52,709 nt of DNA, taken from Candidatus Faeciplasma avium. GTDB lineage: Bacteria > Bacillota > Clostridia > Oscillospirales > Ruminococcaceae. Made by a program: the position numbers and the translations under genes. Shown one piece after another: positions 1-9,252 of the stretch. Below the pieces are notes generated by a model, which was not told where the DNA came from, ran no database searches, and saw only the letters and a list, made by a program, of their open reading frames with translations. The stretch lies in assembly GCA_018713505.1 (NCBI GenBank), contig DVOL01000005.1, forward strand, positions 1 through 52,709, given 5' to 3'. Each line of letters starts with the position of its first letter. The stretch's first letter is position 1.

Positions 1-1248
1 GCCTATAAAGCCAATCTGCTTCTTGTAACCAGACCCGACAGCTACAGCGATTCGCTCATGCTGTATTCTCTGGATATTGACACCGGCAGGTTCTCTAAGC
101 TTATTAAGCTTTCCCAGACAAAATCTTATGACAGCATTGATTATGTCTATAATTCCAAAACCGACACGGCAATCGTCTACACTGCGCCGTCAGGCGCTTT
201 GACCAATCAGGAGGAATCCGCCTCGCCATACTATATTTCCGAGTATTCCTTGAGCGACCCGGATAATGTAGTTTTGCAAAAACACTATCTTGAAAATCAC
301 GGTGAAGCCTCCTTATTTGTCACGGTTTATGAGAACATAATTTCAACAGTAAGCGGAACTGAAAACAGCTATCGCTATTATGACTTCCTGAATCCGCCGA
401 AAAGCATAACGGTTGTCGGAAATCAGACGCTTTACGGCGATGCCATAACATCCTTTGAAATGGAAACCGGCGTACTCGTCAGGACGGTAGACTACGATTC
501 GGACTATGAAAGGCTTGATATAAAGCTAATGGCGAAAGACAAGGATTTCGACCTCTTCTCTCCTGTTTCCTATAATGTATATAAATATGTCAGGACGAAT
601 ACCTATTCCTCCTTGAACAGCTACAGCGGGCTTTTAGACAGACTTTCGCAGAGTCCCCTTGCACAGGTGCTTGCGGCTAACGGCGACGAATATTTCGGTC
701 TGCCCTTGTACGGCACATACTCCTACCCCAAAGAGAGCTACCCTGATAAAATAATCAACGCCGACGGAAGCGAGACTGACAACCCGGTTCCGTTTGCCGT
801 GGTTGCAACTCAAGGTCAGTACTGTGCAAGAAATATCGACGCCCTCGCCGGAACATATAACGACCCGGACGGCGATGAGCTGTACGAGGTTTTAAAGCAT
901 CTGGACAAAAAACCGTCTGGAGATAATCTTTTGTTCGGCGACGAATTTATTGTAAACGGCGAGTTTTGCTCGCTTAGCTGTGAGTACCTCATGATGAATC
1001 CCGCCTCTGAAAACAAAGAGGACGCCGCTAAATTTTTAGAGTATGTTTTCGATGCGAACAGCATAAATTATCCGTCGCTTGAGGAGGGCGAAAGCTACCT
1101 TGCCTTCTGGAGAATCATGCCATCCGACTATATGACGCCTCTTTACAGTGCATTTAACCGGGCAAGCCAAGGCGGCTTGTCCCAGAGCGAGCTCAAAGCC
1201 CTCGCTAAGGAAGCGGCAAAGGAGGTCCTAATGAGGATGGAGGGATAG
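1..1248 (+). CDS. hypothetical protein, 5'-truncated at window edge
   Basis: The frame of the 58..1248 ORF stays open back to base 1 (AYKANLLLVTRPDSYSDSLM...), so the gene probably starts upstream. No motif I recognise. Confidence 0.5.
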   Translation, partial: AYKANLLLVTRPDSYSDSLMLYSLDIDTGRFSKLIKLSQTKSYDSIDYVYNSKTDTAIVYTAPSGALTNQEESASPYYISEYSLSDPDNVVLQKHYLENHGEASLFVTVYENIISTVSGTENSYRYYDFLNPPKSITVVGNQTLYGDAITSFEMETGVLVRTVDYDSDYERLDIKLMAKDKDFDLFSPVSYNVYKYVRTNTYSSLNSYSGLLDRLSQSPLAQVLAANGDEYFGLPLYGTYSYPKESYPDKIINADGSETDNPVPFAVVATQGQYCARNIDALAGTYNDPDGDELYEVLKHLDKKPSGDNLLFGDEFIVNGEFCSLSCEYLMMNPASENKEDAAKFLEYVFDANSINYPSLEEGESYLAFWRIMPSDYMTPLYSAFNRASQGGLSQSELKALAKEAAKEVLMRMEG

Positions 1249-1270
1249 CGGCGCCGGGGTGATTTGGTGC

Positions 1271-1301
1271 AAAAAATCACAGAGCTTTTTAAGGCTCTGT
1301 G
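1271..1301 (-). terminator. rho-independent terminator downstream of the membrane/spermidine-synthase-like gene
   Basis: 8-bp stem cacagagc (1278-1285) / gctctgtg (1294-1301). On the minus strand the hairpin is followed by a T-run (plus-strand aaaaaa 1271-1276). Confidence 0.55.
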
Positions 1302-1427
1302 AATGGCGGCAGCTTTATTAATAAATGAAGGTAAGGGTAAGCCGGCGGACTTGATTTCTGCGGTGCGCTGGGCTTGCCTTAGGCCTGTATCCTCCCGCCG
1401 GGGCGATAAGCCGTCTGCGGGAGCTTT

Positions 1428-3011
1428 TTATCCCGTCAGAAGCTCATAAAGCTCCTTTAAGCCCATGCCTGAGAGCTGACTGCGGATGCTGACAAGCTCC
1501 CTTTCTATCATCTCGTCCAGGACCCGTATGCTTAGAAGCTCGACCGGCGCCCTGTCGTCGGTGAGGATTCTGCCGGTGCTTTTAGCCTTCGTCATGTCGT
1601 CGGCTATACGCCGCATGAAAAGATAAAGAGACTGGTTCTCTACGGTGGGGAGCATTTCGTTCAGCCGTTGTTGACAGTCGTAGCTGTTTGACGCCAGCAG
1701 TACAAGGTTGGAGCCTGCCGGGACGGTGTAGGCGTTGTCGAACACCTCTAGGATAGTGTCCTGAATGTGGGCGTTGATGCCGTCGGGATCGGGAGTGTAC
1801 ATATTCATGTTCACTCCTATCGCACCTCCAGGCTTTAGGTGCAGGGCAACCTGCTCGAAGAACTCCCGGCTTGCCATCTGGAAGGGGATGGTGATGTCCT
1901 GATAGGCGTCTATCATTATGACATCGTAGAGCTTGTCGGTCGTCGAGATGTAATGCCTGCCGTCCTGAGCGTAGGTGTCAACGCAGTCGGGGAGGTCGAA
2001 ATACTCGTTGGCAAGATATATTATCTTCTCGTCGATTTCCACGCCGTCGATATCGTCAAGACCGAAATAGTAAACGCACTGCTCGGCGCAGGTGCCCGTC
2101 CCCAGGCCCAAAATCAGCACGCTTATTTCATCGTTCTCTCCGGCTCCTGCCATCACGGCGGAGGCTAAAAGATAGTCGTAAAACATTCCGCTCAGCCCGG
2201 GACGCTTGAGCTTAATCGACTGCACCCCGAAAAGGACATTGGTGGAAAAAATCAGGCTGCTTCCGGTGTCCTCGATTCTTAGGTAGTTGTAGACGGACTC
2301 CGACTCGTAGATGTTGTCGCTTGCCCAGAAGGCGGTGCCTATCCTGGTGGAAAAGCCTCCCACGGCAAGTGCAGCCGCCGAGATTATTTCTGCCGCCGCC
2401 CTCGCCTTTTTGCGAAAAAAGAGGTATACTAGGCAGACGGTATACAAAACTCCGGCGAAGATTATAAAGGTCGCCGAGGTCCCGACATAGGGGATTGTTA
2501 CAAAGGTGGGAAGAAATGTGCCTATTATCGAGCCTACGGTGTTTGCCGCCTCGATGATTCCGCAGGTTCTGCCGTTTTCGTCGAGGCTGTTTACCGCATA
2601 CTTTACAAGATTCGGGGTCACCATTCCAAGCACCATCAGCGGGAAGGCGAAAACCAGTATTGCGCTGAGAAATGCGGCGGCTATCAGGTATCCGTTTGTC
2701 ACCACCAGAGAAAGCCCGAGAGCAACGCCGGAGATTATAAACTTTCCCAAAAGCGGGATGAGCATCGTCCAGGTTGCGGCGGCAAAGAGCCAGATAAACA
2801 GCCTGTCGGGATTCTTATGGCGGTCAGCCATCCGCCCTCCCAGGACATTTCCTATAGCCATGGCAATCATTATCGTGCCTATAATTATCGTCCAGACTAT
2901 CTGAGAGGAGGAGAAATACGGAGCCATCAGCCGTGACGCTCCCAGCTCGATAGCCATCACCGACAGCCCGGATATGAATGCGGTGAGATAAAAAAGCCAT
3001 TTGTTTTTCAT
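1428..3011 (-). CDS. fused polytopic membrane (MFS-like) / spermidine-synthase-like protein
   Basis: The N-terminal ~210 aa are hydrophobic helices. The C-terminal half carries class I methyltransferase / spermidine synthase motifs (VLILGLGTGT, DGVEIDEKI, DVIMIDAY). ATG 3011 has AAAGGA 6 nt upstream and is preferred over the TTG at 3026. Confidence 0.8.
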   Translation of the reverse strand: MKNKWLFYLTAFISGLSVMAIELGASRLMAPYFSSSQIVWTIIIGTIMIAMAIGNVLGGRMADRHKNPDRLFIWLFAAATWTMLIPLLGKFIISGVALGLSLVVTNGYLIAAAFLSAILVFAFPLMVLGMVTPNLVKYAVNSLDENGRTCGIIEAANTVGSIIGTFLPTFVTIPYVGTSATFIIFAGVLYTVCLVYLFFRKKARAAAEIISAAALAVGGFSTRIGTAFWASDNIYESESVYNYLRIEDTGSSLIFSTNVLFGVQSIKLKRPGLSGMFYDYLLASAVMAGAGENDEISVLILGLGTGTCAEQCVYYFGLDDIDGVEIDEKIIYLANEYFDLPDCVDTYAQDGRHYISTTDKLYDVIMIDAYQDITIPFQMASREFFEQVALHLKPGGAIGVNMNMYTPDPDGINAHIQDTILEVFDNAYTVPAGSNLVLLASNSYDCQQRLNEMLPTVENQSLYLFMRRIADDMTKAKSTGRILTDDRAPVELLSIRVLDEMIERELVSIRSQLSGMGLKELYELLTG

Positions 3012-3033
3012 CTTATGTCCTTTCAAGCCGACT

Positions 3034-3071
3034 GCCGCCGACCCGATTAAAACAGGACGGCGGCTTTTTTT
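3034..3071 (+). terminator. GC-rich hairpin plus T7 run, oriented for the plus strand
   Basis: 7-bp all-GC stem gccgccg (3034-3040) / cggcggc (3058-3064), then ttttttt (3065-3071). Both flanking genes are on the minus strand. Confidence 0.45.
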
Positions 3072-3096
3072 GGCTTATATTCTAAAAATATGCCTC

Positions 3097-4662
3097 CTAG
3101 AAGCTCTCGACGGCGGCTCTTTCAGCCGGAAGCATTCTCTTGTAGCGCTCGATGTAGGCGTTGAAGCCCTCGACATCCTTTTGCTCGGGAGCCTCGGTAA
3201 TAGCCTTCATGCCGGCAAAGACCCTCTCGTCAAGGTAATCGTCAAGGCTTACGCTGTTGCCCAGCACCATGTACTGAGCAAGCACCGCCATACCCCAGGC
3301 TCCGCCCTCGCCCGCCGTCTCCATTACCGAGACGGGAGTGTTCATGGCGGCGGCAAGGAGCTTTTGACCTACTCCCTTTGTCTTGAAGTATCCGCCGTGA
3401 CCTAAAATAGAGTCTATCTCGACATTCTCGGACAGAAGTATGTCCATGCCGATTTTAAGGGTCGCAAGAGCCGAGAAGAGGTTGTTTCTTATGAGGTTTG
3501 CAAGGGTAAAGCTCGACTCGGGGCTGCGAAGCAGCATCGGTCTGCCCTGCTCGAAGTGGGTTATATGCTCGCCGGAGAAGTAGTTGCAGCTCACCATTCC
3601 GCCGCAGTCGGGGTCGCCGGTGAGAGCGTGGTACAAAAGCATATCGTAAAGGGCGGGCTTTGCAATCGGATTGCCGGAAAGCGAGGCGAACTCGGAGAAT
3701 ATTCTCATCCATGCGTCAAGGTCGGTGGAGCAGTTGTTGCAGTGGACCATGGCGACCGGCTTGCCGGAGGGAGTCGTAACCATGTCAATCTCGGGATACA
3801 GTCTTGAAAGGGGACGGCTTAGGACTATCATCGCAAATACCGAGGTGCCGGCGGAGACATTTCCCGTCTTGACTCTTACGCTGTTAGTAGCAACCATCCC
3901 GGTTCCTGCGTCTCCCTCGGGAGGGCAGACCGGGATTCCCGCCTCAAGATTCCCGGAGGGGTCTATGAACCTAGCGCCGGACTCGGTGAGAAGCCCTGCG
4001 TTCTCGCCTGCGGGAAGAACCCCGGGGAGGACATCCTCCAGCCTCCAGTCAAAGGAGTAGGAAGCGATAAGCTCGTCGAACTGCTTTATCATCTCCTGAT
4101 TGAACTGGCAGCTGTCAGAGTCTATCGGGAACATTCCAGACGCCTCGCCGACTCCAAGGACCCTCTTGCCGGTGAGCATATAGTGGATGTATCCCGCAAG
4201 GGTGAGCACATAGCTTATCCTTTTTGTATGCTCCTCGCCGTTTAGTATCGCCTGATAGAGGTGCGCTATGCTCCAGCGCTGGGGGATGTTGAAGCCAAAA
4301 AGCTCGCTCAGCCTGTCGCTTGCCTCCTTGGTGATGGTGTTTCTCCAGGTCCTGAAGGGGACTAAAAGCTCGCCGGCGCTGTCAAACGCCATGTAGCCGT
4401 GCATCATTGCGGAAAAGCCCATTCCTCCGACCCTTTTAAGAGTCTCGCCGTATTTGGAGCTATAGTCCTCGGCGAGCCTTGAATAGGCGTCCTGAAGCCC
4501 GCCGGAGATATCCTCCAGCGAATAGGTCCAGATTCCGTTTTCAAGACGATTCTCCCAGTCGTGGGAGCCTTGGGCGACGACCTTGGAGTCCTCGTCGATT
4601 AGAATCGCCTTGATTCTCGTGGAGCCAAACTCGATTCCAAGATAGGTTTTCATGCTGTTCAT
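3097..4662 (-). CDS. FGGY-family carbohydrate kinase (sugar specificity unknown)
   Basis: N-terminal actin-fold phosphate motif [12 protein letters not shown] and two-domain FGGY length. The SD AAGGAGAAGGA (4667-4677) favours ATG 4662 (or 4653) over the track start at 4692. Confidence 0.8.
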   Translation of the reverse strand: MNSMKTYLGIEFGSTRIKAILIDEDSKVVAQGSHDWENRLENGIWTYSLEDISGGLQDAYSRLAEDYSSKYGETLKRVGGMGFSAMMHGYMAFDSAGELLVPFRTWRNTITKEASDRLSELFGFNIPQRWSIAHLYQAILNGEEHTKRISYVLTLAGYIHYMLTGKRVLGVGEASGMFPIDSDSCQFNQEMIKQFDELIASYSFDWRLEDVLPGVLPAGENAGLLTESGARFIDPSGNLEAGIPVCPPEGDAGTGMVATNSVRVKTGNVSAGTSVFAMIVLSRPLSRLYPEIDMVTTPSGKPVAMVHCNNCSTDLDAWMRIFSEFASLSGNPIAKPALYDMLLYHALTGDPDCGGMVSCNYFSGEHITHFEQGRPMLLRSPESSFTLANLIRNNLFSALATLKIGMDILLSENVEIDSILGHGGYFKTKGVGQKLLAAAMNTPVSVMETAGEGGAWGMAVLAQYMVLGNSVSLDDYLDERVFAGMKAITEAPEQKDVEGFNAYIERYKRMLPAERAAVESF

Positions 4663-4743
4663 ACTATCCTTCTCCTTGCTTTTTATTGACATAAGCTGCG
4701 CCGCCGCTATGCCAGCCTAAAGACGGGCCTTGGCAGACCTTAA

Positions 4744-5841
4744 TCAGCTTGCCTTGAATATGTATTTTGCGAAGTTGTAGGTGCCCACCTCGATGGCAGG
4801 TCCGCCGTGCCATGAGGAAACCATCTGATATTTATGGGTGACGCCGTTTCGTGTGAAGATGTCGGAATAGGTCTTGGGGGTGTTCCATACGACCTGGTCG
4901 TCGTCTCCTGCGAAGATTTCAAGAAGGTAGGGGCTGTACTCCTCGGGGAAAACAAGCTCGTCCTCCGAAAGCTGACCGGGGTGCATATTGGGGTCACCGG
5001 GGGTAAGACCGGGAGCCGGGCAGAACGCAGCTATGTAGCCGAATTTGTCCGGGTGCATAAGACCTATTGCAAGAGCCTCCCTTCCGCCCATCGAGAAGCC
5101 GCAGACGGCTGTATGGTCCCTGCCAGTGAGGGCAGAGTAGTTTTCCTCTATGTAGGGCATGAGGTCGGTGGTTATCTCCTCGACGCAGTTATCGTATATC
5201 AGGCTGTTTTCGAGATTCATCCCGGTGCAGGAGTCCTGCTGACCCTTTTTGGAGGCGAAGATGTCGGGAAATACTACAATCATCTCCTCCGCCTCACCGT
5301 CAGCAATCATCTTGCCTATAATGTTCTGACAGCCGGCGTCCTCCGCCATAGAGTTATTGTGCCCCCAATAGCCGTGGAGGATGTATAAAACCGGGTAGCT
5401 CTTCGACTCGTCATAGGACGCAGGAAGATATACCCTCGCCTTTCTGTCCTTCTCGCAAACGCTAGAGTAGTAAGTGATTTCGGTAAGAGTGCCGTACTCC
5501 TTTATCGTCGGGAAGGAGGGGGAGCCGCTCACCCAGCCCGGGGAATACTTACTGGGGAGGGTATCGGTGGTTTCAATGTCCTTCATAAAAAGCTCTCCTG
5601 TCATGGGATTCTCCTCGAGATAGGAAAACAGCATATTAAAATCACGGATGCTGATTTCCCCGCCGTTTTCGTAGATGCTTTTAAGACCTGCCATACTGCC
5701 GGTTGTGATTCCCACTAGGACATCTCTTAGGTCCTTGTTGGATGTGAAGCCGTCCTTATTGGCGTCGTATGCCGAGCGTGACGGCGTGCCGGAGAGTAAA
5801 ATCCCGGCTGCGAGTGCGGTTGATATTAGCTTGGTTGGCAT
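4744..5841 (-). CDS. secreted esterase (esterase-D / CE1-like alpha/beta hydrolase) with N-terminal dockerin-like module
   Basis: GGAGG-N6-ATG at 5841. Signal peptide MPTKLISTALAAGILLSG. DANKDGFTSNKD fits the dockerin Ca-binding repeat DxNxDGxxxxxD, followed by a degenerate second repeat. Esterase core shows YILHGYWGH and the nucleophile elbow GFSMGG. Confidence 0.75.
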   Translation of the reverse strand: MPTKLISTALAAGILLSGTPSRSAYDANKDGFTSNKDLRDVLVGITTGSMAGLKSIYENGGEISIRDFNMLFSYLEENPMTGELFMKDIETTDTLPSKYSPGWVSGSPSFPTIKEYGTLTEITYYSSVCEKDRKARVYLPASYDESKSYPVLYILHGYWGHNNSMAEDAGCQNIIGKMIADGEAEEMIVVFPDIFASKKGQQDSCTGMNLENSLIYDNCVEEITTDLMPYIEENYSALTGRDHTAVCGFSMGGREALAIGLMHPDKFGYIAAFCPAPGLTPGDPNMHPGQLSEDELVFPEEYSPYLLEIFAGDDDQVVWNTPKTYSDIFTRNGVTHKYQMVSSWHGGPAIEVGTYNFAKYIFKAS

Positions 5842-6027
5842 TTTTTCCTCCATTGCCGTGTAAAAGTTACTGCCTGTTAGGTCCCTTGAAGCCGACAGCG
5901 GCACCGGGTCTTTAGCCGACAGCGAAATATTCGTATCGGATAACAGCTCCCGTATGCCGCCGGAGGAAGCAAGCAGCCGGATAAATCCATGCCCTAGCGC
6001 CTCACAGCCTCACAGTCCTGTTTAATA

Positions 6028-6056
6028 ATTATAGAGTAAACCTACGAAAATGTCAA
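6028..6056 (-). promoter_or_regulatory. sigma-A type promoter for the esterase gene
   Basis: The minus strand reads TTGACA (6051-6056), a 17-nt spacer, then TATAAT (6028-6033). This leaves a ~180-nt leader. Confidence 0.55.
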
Positions 6057-6145
6057 TATTAATTAGTGAATAAAGAGAAAAAGCCGCATCAGGCTTTTAC
6101 AAGTTTCTAAAACGAAAAGTTTTTTGTTTTGTAACAAAAATGTAA

Positions 6146-6174
6146 TTGTATTTTCTGAGATTATGTGCTACAAT
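6146..6174 (+). promoter_or_regulatory. extended -10 promoter for murA
   Basis: TTGTAT (6146-6151), a 17-nt spacer including TG at 6166-6167, then TACAAT (6169-6174). Confidence 0.45.
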
Positions 6175-6274
6175 ACGATAGATACACTAAAAAACTTGTC
6201 GGGGACAGGGCAGGGGCTTATTTTCTTTCCTGTAGGAGGTTTCTCTCCCGGCATTTAGGGGATATTAATTAATC

Positions 6275-7564
6275 ATGAATAATATGGATAAATTTATTAT
6301 ACACGGCGGGAAGCCGCTCATCGGGAGCGTCAATGTGAGCGGAGCAAAAAACGCCGCCGTTGCCATAGTTGCCGCAACCATTCTTTCGGACGAGCCCTGC
6401 ACACTTGAGAATGTCCCGGAGATAAGCGATATAAGCATTGCTCTTAGGATTCTGTACGAGATGGGCGCAGGGATAAGGATAATCGACAAGAACACGATGA
6501 GGATAGACCCCAGGGGGATTTCAAATCCCGTAGTGCCGTATGAGCTTGCCCGCTCGATGAGGGCGTCCAGCTATTTTCTAGGCACCCTTTTGGGGAGGTT
6601 TAAAAAGGCGGATGTCCCTATGCCGGGAGGCTGCGACCTGGGAGACCGTCCCATAGACCAGCACATCAAGGCGTTTAACTGCTTGGGGGCGAGCTGCGCC
6701 ATAGACGGCGGAATAGTCAGCCTCAGGGCGGACGAGCTTATCGGAAGCCAGATTTATTTTGACATCAACACCGTAGGCGGCACGATAAACGCCATCTTCG
6801 CCGCAGTAAAGGCAAAGGGGCTTACCGTAATCGAGAACGCCGCCAAGGAGCCTCACATAGTAGACCTTGCCAACTTCCTAAACACCATGGGCGCAGATAT
6901 CATGGGAGCAGGAACGGATGTCATCAAGATAAGGGGAGTATCTGTGCTGAAGGGCGTTGACTACGCCATAATCCCCGACCAGATAGAGGCAGGAACATAT
7001 ATGGTTGCCGCCGCAGCCACAAAGGGAAATGTCTGGATAAACAATGTAATCCCCAAGCATTTGGAGTCGATAACCGCAAAGCTGAGAAAGGTTGGCGCCT
7101 CGGTGGAGGAGTATGACGAGAGCATCCATGTCCGTGCCGACGGTCCGCTTCTTTCCACAAGCCTAAAGACGCTTCCGCATCCCGGCTTCCCGACCGATAT
7201 GCAGCCGCAGTTTTCCACCATGCTGACGGTGTCCGAGGGCACCAGCGTCGTGACCGACGATATATTCGACAACCGCTTCAGATATGTCAGCGAGCTTCGC
7301 AGGATGGGAGCAAACATCAAGGTGGAGGGCACCACCGCCATAATCCAGGGCATACCCCAGCTCACGGGAGCCTCGGTCCGGGCGACCGACCTAAGAGCAG
7401 GTGCGGCGCTTGTAATAGCGGGGCTGATGGCAAGCGGGACCACGGTTGTTGAAAATATCTTCCATATAGACAGGGGCTATGAAAACTTCGACGACAAGCT
7501 CAAGGGTCTCGGGGCGGATATCAGGCGTGTTGCAGACTATGAGCCTAAAAGAAGGGTAATCTAG
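6275..7564 (+). CDS. murA: UDP-N-acetylglucosamine 1-carboxyvinyltransferase
   Basis: Full-length MurA-like protein: N-terminus FIIHGGKPLIGSVNVSGAKNAA and active-site Cys loop PGGCDLGDRPIDQH. An alternative ATG lies at 6284. Confidence 0.93.
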   Translation: MNNMDKFIIHGGKPLIGSVNVSGAKNAAVAIVAATILSDEPCTLENVPEISDISIALRILYEMGAGIRIIDKNTMRIDPRGISNPVVPYELARSMRASSYFLGTLLGRFKKADVPMPGGCDLGDRPIDQHIKAFNCLGASCAIDGGIVSLRADELIGSQIYFDINTVGGTINAIFAAVKAKGLTVIENAAKEPHIVDLANFLNTMGADIMGAGTDVIKIRGVSVLKGVDYAIIPDQIEAGTYMVAAAATKGNVWINNVIPKHLESITAKLRKVGASVEEYDESIHVRADGPLLSTSLKTLPHPGFPTDMQPQFSTMLTVSEGTSVVTDDIFDNRFRYVSELRRMGANIKVEGTTAIIQGIPQLTGASVRATDLRAGAALVIAGLMASGTTVVENIFHIDRGYENFDDKLKGLGADIRRVADYEPKRRVI

Positions 7565-7613
7565 GCGCTTTTATATTTCAAGGATAAATAAGTCAGCTAA
7601 AGGAGAGCTTTAT

Positions 7614-8399
7614 TTGGCAAGGATATATCCCTTATTTTCCTCCAGCTCGGGGAACTCCTACTTTATCGGGACGGCGTCGGGCGGAATACTTATCGACGCC
7701 GGGGCAAGCTGCCGCAGGCTGGTTTCGGCTCTTCGGCAAAACGATATCCCTCCCGAGGCGGTCAAGGCGGTGTTTATAACTCACGACCACAGCGACCATA
7801 TCGCAGGGCTTAGGGTATTTACAAAGAACTATCCCGTCCCGGTTTACGCCTCACCGGCTACGCTTGAATGGCTTGAAAGGGGAGGGCATATTGCCTCCCT
7901 CGGGAAAAGCATCCCGATAGGCGGAAGGGAGGAGGCGGCAGGCTATTTTGTGACCTCCTTCAAGACCCCTCACGACGCTATCGAGAGCGTCGGCTACAGA
8001 ATCTCCACCCCCGATAACAAGACTGTATGCATCTGCACCGACCTCGGCCATGTGACACCTGAGGCGGACGCCTGCATGTGCGGCTGCGACGCTGTTCTGA
8101 TAGAGTCAAACTATGACGAGGGAATGCTCAGGTCGGGTCCCTACCCATACTGCCTGAAGCGGCGGATAGCCTCCTCGGACGGTCATCTTTCCAACTCGAT
8201 GAGCGCAAGAGAGGTAAGGCGGCTTATAGACGCCGGAACGACAAGGGTAATACTCGGTCACCTCAGCCGGGAGAACAACACGCCCATCGTAGCGAGGAAC
8301 ACCCTTGAAAGGGAGCTTGGCGGGGAATGTGTCGCCGGGCGTGACTTCCTTTTGTACATAGCCCCCGTTGAGACGGAGGGCATGGCGGTCGTATTTTAG
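7614..8399 (+). CDS. MBL-fold metallo-hydrolase (YycJ/WalJ-like)
   Basis: HxHxDH motif ITHDHSDHIAGL. TTG start with AAAGGAGAG SD. Confidence 0.8.
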   Translation: MARIYPLFSSSSGNSYFIGTASGGILIDAGASCRRLVSALRQNDIPPEAVKAVFITHDHSDHIAGLRVFTKNYPVPVYASPATLEWLERGGHIASLGKSIPIGGREEAAGYFVTSFKTPHDAIESVGYRISTPDNKTVCICTDLGHVTPEADACMCGCDAVLIESNYDEGMLRSGPYPYCLKRRIASSDGHLSNSMSAREVRRLIDAGTTRVILGHLSRENNTPIVARNTLERELGGECVAGRDFLLYIAPVETEGMAVVF

Positions 8400-8422
8400 A
8401 AGCCGTCAGAGCGTATACGACT

Positions 8423-8905
8423 ATGAATATAAATATTGTCTGTATAGGGAAGCTCAAGGAGTCCTACTGGCGGGAGGCTGTTTCGGAGTATGTAAAAAGG
8501 GTCTCGCCGTATGCGGCTCTTAGGATTTGCGAGCTGCCTGAGTCAAGGCTTCCTGAAAATCCCTCCCCGGCTCAGATAGAGTCCGCTTTAACCGAGGAGT
8601 ATAAAAGCATGCTCCCTTATGTCAGCGCCAGGTCGGCGTATAATGTCGCCCTTTGCGTGGAGGGCGAGCAGCTTGACAGCCTACAGCTCGCCAAGGGTCT
8701 TGACAGGTGGGGGACTCAGGGCTTCAGCACCGTCAATTTCTTTATAGGAAGCTCCTTTGGGCTGAGCGGAGAGCTGAAAGCCTCGGCAAGGCTTCGGCTC
8801 TCGATCTCAAGGCTTACGCTTCCTCACCAGCTCGCCAGAGTGGTATTGTGCGAGCAGATTTACCGTGCCTACACCATAATCAACAACAAAAGATACCATA
8901 AGTAG
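8423..8905 (+). CDS. rlmH: 23S rRNA (pseudouridine1915-N3)-methyltransferase
   Basis: 160-aa SPOUT protein: MNINIVCIGKLKE start, FFIGSSFGLS and LTLPHQL motifs typical of RlmH. Confidence 0.9.
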   Translation: MNINIVCIGKLKESYWREAVSEYVKRVSPYAALRICELPESRLPENPSPAQIESALTEEYKSMLPYVSARSAYNVALCVEGEQLDSLQLAKGLDRWGTQGFSTVNFFIGSSFGLSGELKASARLRLSISRLTLPHQLARVVLCEQIYRAYTIINNKRYHK

Positions 8906-8915
8906 AAAAATGAGT

Positions 8916-8951
8916 CCGTCCCGGGAGAGATTCCTTTCGGGGCGGCTTTTT
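8916..8951 (+). terminator. rho-independent terminator after rlmH
   Basis: Stem ccgtcccg (8916-8923) / cggggcgg (8938-8945) with one G-U pair, followed by cttttt. Confidence 0.5.
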
Positions 8952-9007
8952 ATCCCGCAGATGTCTGTGCAAGACGCAATTTGCGGCTCGAAAAAGGGCG
9001 TATTTTC

Positions 9008-9037
9008 TTGCTTTTGGAGGGGGAGGTATGATATAAT
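9008..9037 (+). promoter_or_regulatory. candidate promoter of the P-type ATPase gene
   Basis: TTGCTT (9008-9013), an 18-nt spacer, then TATAAT (9032-9037). Confidence 0.4.
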
Positions 9038-9252
9038 AAAGGCAAAAGCGAAGATTTTGTTTTTATTAGGAGGATTTTTCGATTTTCGGCTTTGCCTCAG
9101 GCAGCAGGGCTTGCGCCCGGTAAGTCTCGCCGGATTAATCCGGGTATTTACTCCTGCGAGGCTGTGCGGGAGGCAAAAGGGCAGAAAATTCATACTTCGC
9201 CGGCTTATATGCCGGGGCTTCAGTGATAAAACAACGGGATGGAGGGGTTATC

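Noticed and set aside
6078-6098. aaaagcc-gcatca-ggctttt hairpin between the divergent esterase and murA promoters
   Set aside because: The stem has only three G-C pairs and nothing upstream needs terminating. It is probably fortuitous within AT-rich promoter DNA.
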